64,000 nucleotides of DNA from Eledone cirrhosa (Eukaryota): positions 28,706,001 to 28,770,000 of the forward strand of contig OZ024749.1 of the NCBI GenBank assembly GCA_964016885.1, written 5' to 3'. The first letter of the stretch is position 1, and each line of letters begins with the position of its first letter. The translations under genes were made by a program, and so were the position numbers. Positions 58,201 through 64,000 of the stretch are shown here, piece after piece. The notes beneath the pieces were generated by a model. The model made no database searches. It was not told the origin of the DNA and worked only from the letters and a program-made list of their open reading frames with translations.

Positions 58201-58364
58201 TGTGGGAACAGAGGTCAAAAGGTGTGTAGGGGAGTGGTGGAGAGACATATAGCGAAAGGAAACGGTGCGAATGAAAAATTAACAAATAAAGACAAAAAAT
58301 ATATAATAAATAAAAATAAAGCATGATCAAAATACAAGGAATGAGAAAATTTAAAAATAAAGGC

Positions 58365-58389
<25 letters not shown>

Positions 58390-58395
<6 letters not shown>

Positions 58396-58900
58396 TGTAG
58401 TTCCTGTCTGTTTGTTTGTTTGTTCACGAACTCCTCCTATGGTTTTGGAGATAGACCCCCCATAACCATATATATTCTGAAACTATATCGCACGGATAAA
58501 TATATCTCATTTTAATCAAAGGGTTCTCCCGGGGGCACAAAACCCCGCTGAAAATGTTTTCCCTTCGATTTATATGAAATTTAAACCATAGGTAAATGCA
58601 AGATATGATGCCTATTCACATAATTTCAGCAAATTTTAATAATATTAAGACACCTTAATGGGGGTTAAACCCCCTACAGTAAAGATTTTGGAAGCCCATA
58701 ACTTGAGTATTGGAACCTCTATTATCACGGGGTTTTTCTATTAATTGAACGTAAATCAACAAAAAAAAGCATCTCTCTTTTATAGTAAAATTTGGGTAAT
58801 TAAACATTTTATCTATGGCAAAACATCACGAGAATTATGACAACAAAAATGATTAGTTAATGCCTCTACTTTTTTAACATTTTCCCTTTATTTTTTCTCC
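58390..58900 (+). mobile_element. Possible non-autonomous Helitron/Helentron-type fragment
   Basis: Starts tatataaagttg, internal (gttt)n microsatellite, then cacgaactcctcct and gattttatatgaaattt, a layout typical of such elements; recognised by resemblance only. Confidence 0.4.
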
Positions 58901-58987
58901 ATAAATTATATCACTGATTTAAAATCAATCATCATTTTCTTACAAAAGAAATGTGTGAAACACAACAAGGTTCGAGTAATTCGGATA

Positions 58988-59030
<43 letters not shown>

Positions 59031-59213
59031 TATACATATGTATATATATATGTGTGGTATATATATAGCAATAATAGTAATAATAATAAATTTGAAGACT
59101 AAAATCCAAAGAGGGCGCGATAAGGATAAATATATATCAAATATATAAGAACCGTAGAGCAAATATTTATAAAATAACAGATTAAAATTTAAGCAAAGAA
59201 TCGCTGCTTTGTT

Positions 59214-59264
59214 AGTTTCAGAAGATCCCGTTAAGGGTGAAAGCAGCGATTCTTTGCTTAAACT
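59214..59264 (+). ncRNA. Type I HHR-like motif with U4A core and true stem III
   Basis: agttt-CAGAAGA-tccc(gttaa)gggt-GAAA-GCA(gcgattctt)TGC-TT-aaact. Confidence 0.68.
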
Positions 59265-59278
59265 TTAATCTGTTATTT

Positions 59279-59327
<49 letters not shown>

Positions 59328-59473
59328 GTATATATATATATGTGGTATATATATATATATATGATATATATGTACACATATATACATGTGTGTGTGTGCA
59401 CCACCACACTATAATATATCTGTCTACCTATGTCTTTATAGCAGTATTAATACCTACTTCATAGTAATTACAC

Positions 59474-59533
<60 letters not shown>

Positions 59534-59617
59534 CAGTAGTATCAATGATAATATCTTAACCAATTATAATGTCTATAATTGACTTCCGTCAACTGAGATA
59601 ATCTAGTTCCAAGTTAC

Positions 59618-59696
<79 letters not shown>

Positions 59697-59791
59697 CCAT
59701 ATATATACATACATTTCATGTTACATATGATTATATATGTAGGATTAAATATTTATACTAATATTTACTTACTATATACACATACACACAC

Positions 59792-59841
<50 letters not shown>

Positions 59842-59847
59842 ATATGT

Positions 59848-59942
<95 letters not shown>

Positions 59943-60149
59943 CATATATATGTATATGTATATATATATGTATATATACACACAAAATATAAGTTCATTA
60001 AGATCTTAATATACACTTGACTAAATTATTAAATAATTTTAACTTTAGATACACACACTCACTCCCGCGTACACACATTCGTACATCACATATTTACACA
60101 CACGCACACACACACATTCACACACACACACACATACATACACACACAC

Positions 60150-60180
<31 letters not shown>

Positions 60181-60463
60181 AATACACACACAAATATCAC
60201 ACACTTCACACACATACACAACCCTCTTTGTGAAATAATATCTATATTCAATTTTATGGGTATGATCTATCAAAGTTATATATATATATATATATATACA
60301 TACATATATACATATACATACATACATATATACATACATTTATAATATTACTACTATCTACGATATTCATAGCCAGCTATGTATATTATATTATGACTCC
60401 ATAAAAATCTGATATAAATAATATATATATATACATACATATATATATACATATATGTATTTT

Positions 60464-60521
<58 letters not shown>

Positions 60522-60577
60522 TTACATATATATATATACATGCATACATATATATATATATATATACTTATATATAT

Positions 60578-60614
<37 letters not shown>

Positions 60615-60631
60615 CATATATATATATATAT

Positions 60632-60692
<61 letters not shown>

Positions 60693-60904
60693 GATATATA
60701 TATAGATATAAATAAATATATATATACATACATATATATATATACATATATATACATACATATTATATATACATAATTTGTTTACATATTATATATACAT
60801 TAAATTTGTTTATATAAAATCAACTGCATACACTTACTATACAAGCTAACAACACGTATAGATAGCCCATATATTACGTATGTATATATATATATATATA
60901 TATA

Positions 60905-61168
60905 CATACGTACAGCGTTGCTTGACTCAACAAGAGATTTACGTGGATGACGAGTTTATGATTTGAATTTGTAAATTTGCCGGTTACATAAATATTTTTT
61001 AACAGTTTCCGATGATCTAGTAGAGTTAACATCGTATTTAAAATTGAGTGGCACTGTTTTTAGTGTTCAGCAATTTTTAGACAACTCTATCAGTGAAACA
61101 ATTGTTAGACTGCAAATAAATCCCCTTTTTTGTACTGTTGACCATGTTATTCTCCACTTTTTCAATTA
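60905..61168 (+). mobile_element. (AT)n-inserted element with U4C HHR (61003-61112) and long stem II
   Basis: cagttt-CCGATGA-..tagagtt...aactcta..-GAAA-CAATTG-TT-agactg. Confidence 0.62.
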
Positions 61169-61357
61169 TATATATATATATAGAGATATATATATAAGTA
61201 TATGTATATATACATGTATGTATGTATGAATACAGACACACATATACTATATATATATATATCTTAACTATAATAAAGAAAGGAGTGCGGGACTGCATCC
61301 AGAATATATATTTTTACCCCGTTTGTAAAATAAGTTGGATTACTTTGAATAAATAAT

Positions 61358-61540
61358 TGTTTCTACTATTGGCACAAGGCCAGCAATTAACCAGTACATT
61401 ACTGGTACTTTATTTTATCGACCCCGTAAGGATGAAAGGTAAAGTTAACCTTGGCGGGATTTGAACTCAGAATGGCAAGGGCCGTAACTCTATGCGTCAG
61501 AGCATGGCGTCCGATCCTCTACCGATACTGCCAATCCACC
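61358..61540 (-). mobile_element. Full-length SINE family 1 with 18-bp TSD
   Basis: ttactttgaataaataat at 61340-61357 and 61541-61558. Confidence 0.9.
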
Positions 61541-62084
61541 TTACTTTGAATAAATAATGAATATTACATAATTTATCTACTAAATTTCGTGGCTGTTGAT
61601 TAAATATATGTTATAGCTTATTCAAAGATTCACTTCTTTAAAATTGTCAAATGTCAACTTCCGGTTAGCGGCCGTTATATTATAACACTTATAATCGCAT
61701 ATATTTCTGTCATTAATTTTCTCGTAATACAGTTTATATATAATATTGTCTTTTTTTAAATGTATCATGGATTACGTTACTGATTACAGAAGACAGTGTA
61801 ACACAGTCTTCGTTCAATTTCTGTGTATATTGTCAATTACGAATTTCTTTACATGCATATATATTTGTGTATAATATCAATATACACACTACACATGCTA
61901 GCAGAAAACCTCCCCGAAGGGTGGTTTTTCTGCTAGTATATATAATATTTATACATAAATTCTTATTTACGTTACTACATATTATATTATTATATATCCG
62001 TCTATATATTTATATATTAATATATCCACCAGCCTCTGTATCTTCTTTTCTTTATGACTTCACATACACACACCCTCACACACA

Positions 62085-62145
<61 letters not shown>

Positions 62146-62161
62146 CCTCACACACACACAC

Positions 62162-62295
<134 letters not shown>

Positions 62296-62662
62296 GCGTG
62301 TATGTGTACGTGTTTGTACATATATATAAATGAACATCCGCTTCATTTAAGAATCATTGGGAAAATTTGAAATGTATGCGACTATAAGATTATTTGATTA
62401 CTGTATAATATAAAATTTACTTCTGGTGACGGAAATTCTTTCAACTATTACTTATATGAATGTCTATTATTATAGTCATCTATTTTGGAACGACTTCATT
62501 TTATCCCAATCCTGAAACTGCACGTGTGGGTGGCTGACGAGGAAAAAAATTCATTTGTGCAGCTTATGTAACTGTTTCTCAATCTGCATCTTATGCCCCC
62601 CCTCCCTCTCTCTCTATATATATATATAGAGAGAGAGAGAGAAAGAGAGTGCAAGAGAGAGA

Positions 62663-62710
<48 letters not shown>

Positions 62711-62959
62711 AAGAGAGTGCGAGAGAGAGATGGATAGATTGTATTGACACATCACATATGTCTGCGTTTTACAGCTATCTAGTGCTCTAGTATGTGTGCA
62801 TATACTGCCTATATACGTACATACACACGTGCATACGAATACCTACACACACATTCACAGATATACACAGACACATACATATACAACTACACACACACAT
62901 ATATAGCCACACACATACACCTACTCACAGACACTGACACAGGCACAGACACATACACA

Positions 62960-64000
62960 CACACATACATACCCACATACACTTACACACCTACACATAC
63001 AGACATCTCCACACACAGACACCTCCACACACAGACACACACACGCACATACATCTACACCTACACACACATATATACCCACATACACTTACACACTTAC
63101 ACATACAGACATCTCCACACACAGACACCTCCACACACACACACACACACACACACATACATCTACACCTACACACACATACATACCCACATACACTTAC
63201 ACACCTACACATACAGACATCTCCACACACAGACACCTCCACACACAGACACACACATACATCTACACCTACACACATACATACCCACATACACTTACAC
63301 ACCTACACATACAGACATCTCCACACACAGACACCTCCACACACACATACATCTACACCTACACACACATACATACCCACATACACTTACACGCCTACAC
63401 ATACAGACATCTCCACACACAGACACCTCCACACACAGACACACACACACACACATACATCTACACCTACACACACATACATACCCACATACACTTACAC
63501 GCTTACACATACAGACATCTCCACACACAGACACCTCCACATACAGACACACACACACACACATACATCTACACCTACACACACATACATACCCGCATAC
63601 ACTTACACGCCTACACATACAGACAACTCCACACACAGACACCTCCACACACAGACACACACACACACACATACATCTACACCTACACACACATACATAC
63701 CCACATACACTTACACACCTACACATACAGACATCTCCACACACAGACACCTCCATACACAGACACACACACACACATACATCTACACCTACACACACAT
63801 ATATACCCACATACACTTACACACCTACACATACAGACATCTCCACACACAGACACCTCCACACACAGACACACACATACATCTACACCTACACACATAC
63901 ATACCCACATACACTTACACACCTACACATACAGACATCTTCACACACAGACACCTCCACACACAGACACACACATACATCTACACCTACACACATACAT
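62960..64000. repeat. CA-rich compound minisatellite, 92-108 bp period, about 10 copies, runs off the window
   Basis: agacatctccacacacagacacctcc anchor at about 63001, 63107, 63215, 63313, 63405, 63513, 63621, 63729 and onward; length variation lies in internal (CA)n. Confidence 0.9.

Noticed and set aside
62991-63922. Cys-rich metallothionein- or keratin-like ORFs on the minus strand
   Set aside because: Translation of a (TG)-rich minisatellite with frame-shifting unit lengths

Overview
AT-rich, microsatellite-saturated animal genomic DNA. The repeat landscape suggests a coleoid cephalopod such as Octopus (inference only). The only host gene signal is the first coding exon of a SHOX/SHOX2-type homeobox gene (33825-34458, +, MERLTEFVSKSFD...), followed by an intron that appears to run past the window end. 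The rest is simple repeats, two tRNA-derived SINE families, and decayed RTE, R4/Dong and L1/Tx1 LINE fragments. The main signal is a dense population of type I hammerhead-ribozyme (HHR) motifs. (i) A 311-bp HHR-bearing unit occurs as 8 apparently identical tandem copies plus about 2 inverted copies inside an (AT)n tract (12540-15657), resembling a retrozyme/circular-RNA rolling-circle insertion. (ii) About 25 or more further HHR motifs from a dozen or so short Penelope-pLTR-like families sit next to (AT)n tracts. They are repeatedly arranged as head-to-head palindromes with 3' ends facing outward, carry family-specific palindromic stem-III 'dimerisation' sequences, and show recurrent core variants (U3-A8, U4C, U4A, GCAA). 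Nearly all ORFs in the supplied track are microsatellite artefacts. All coordinates and folds were derived by eye.
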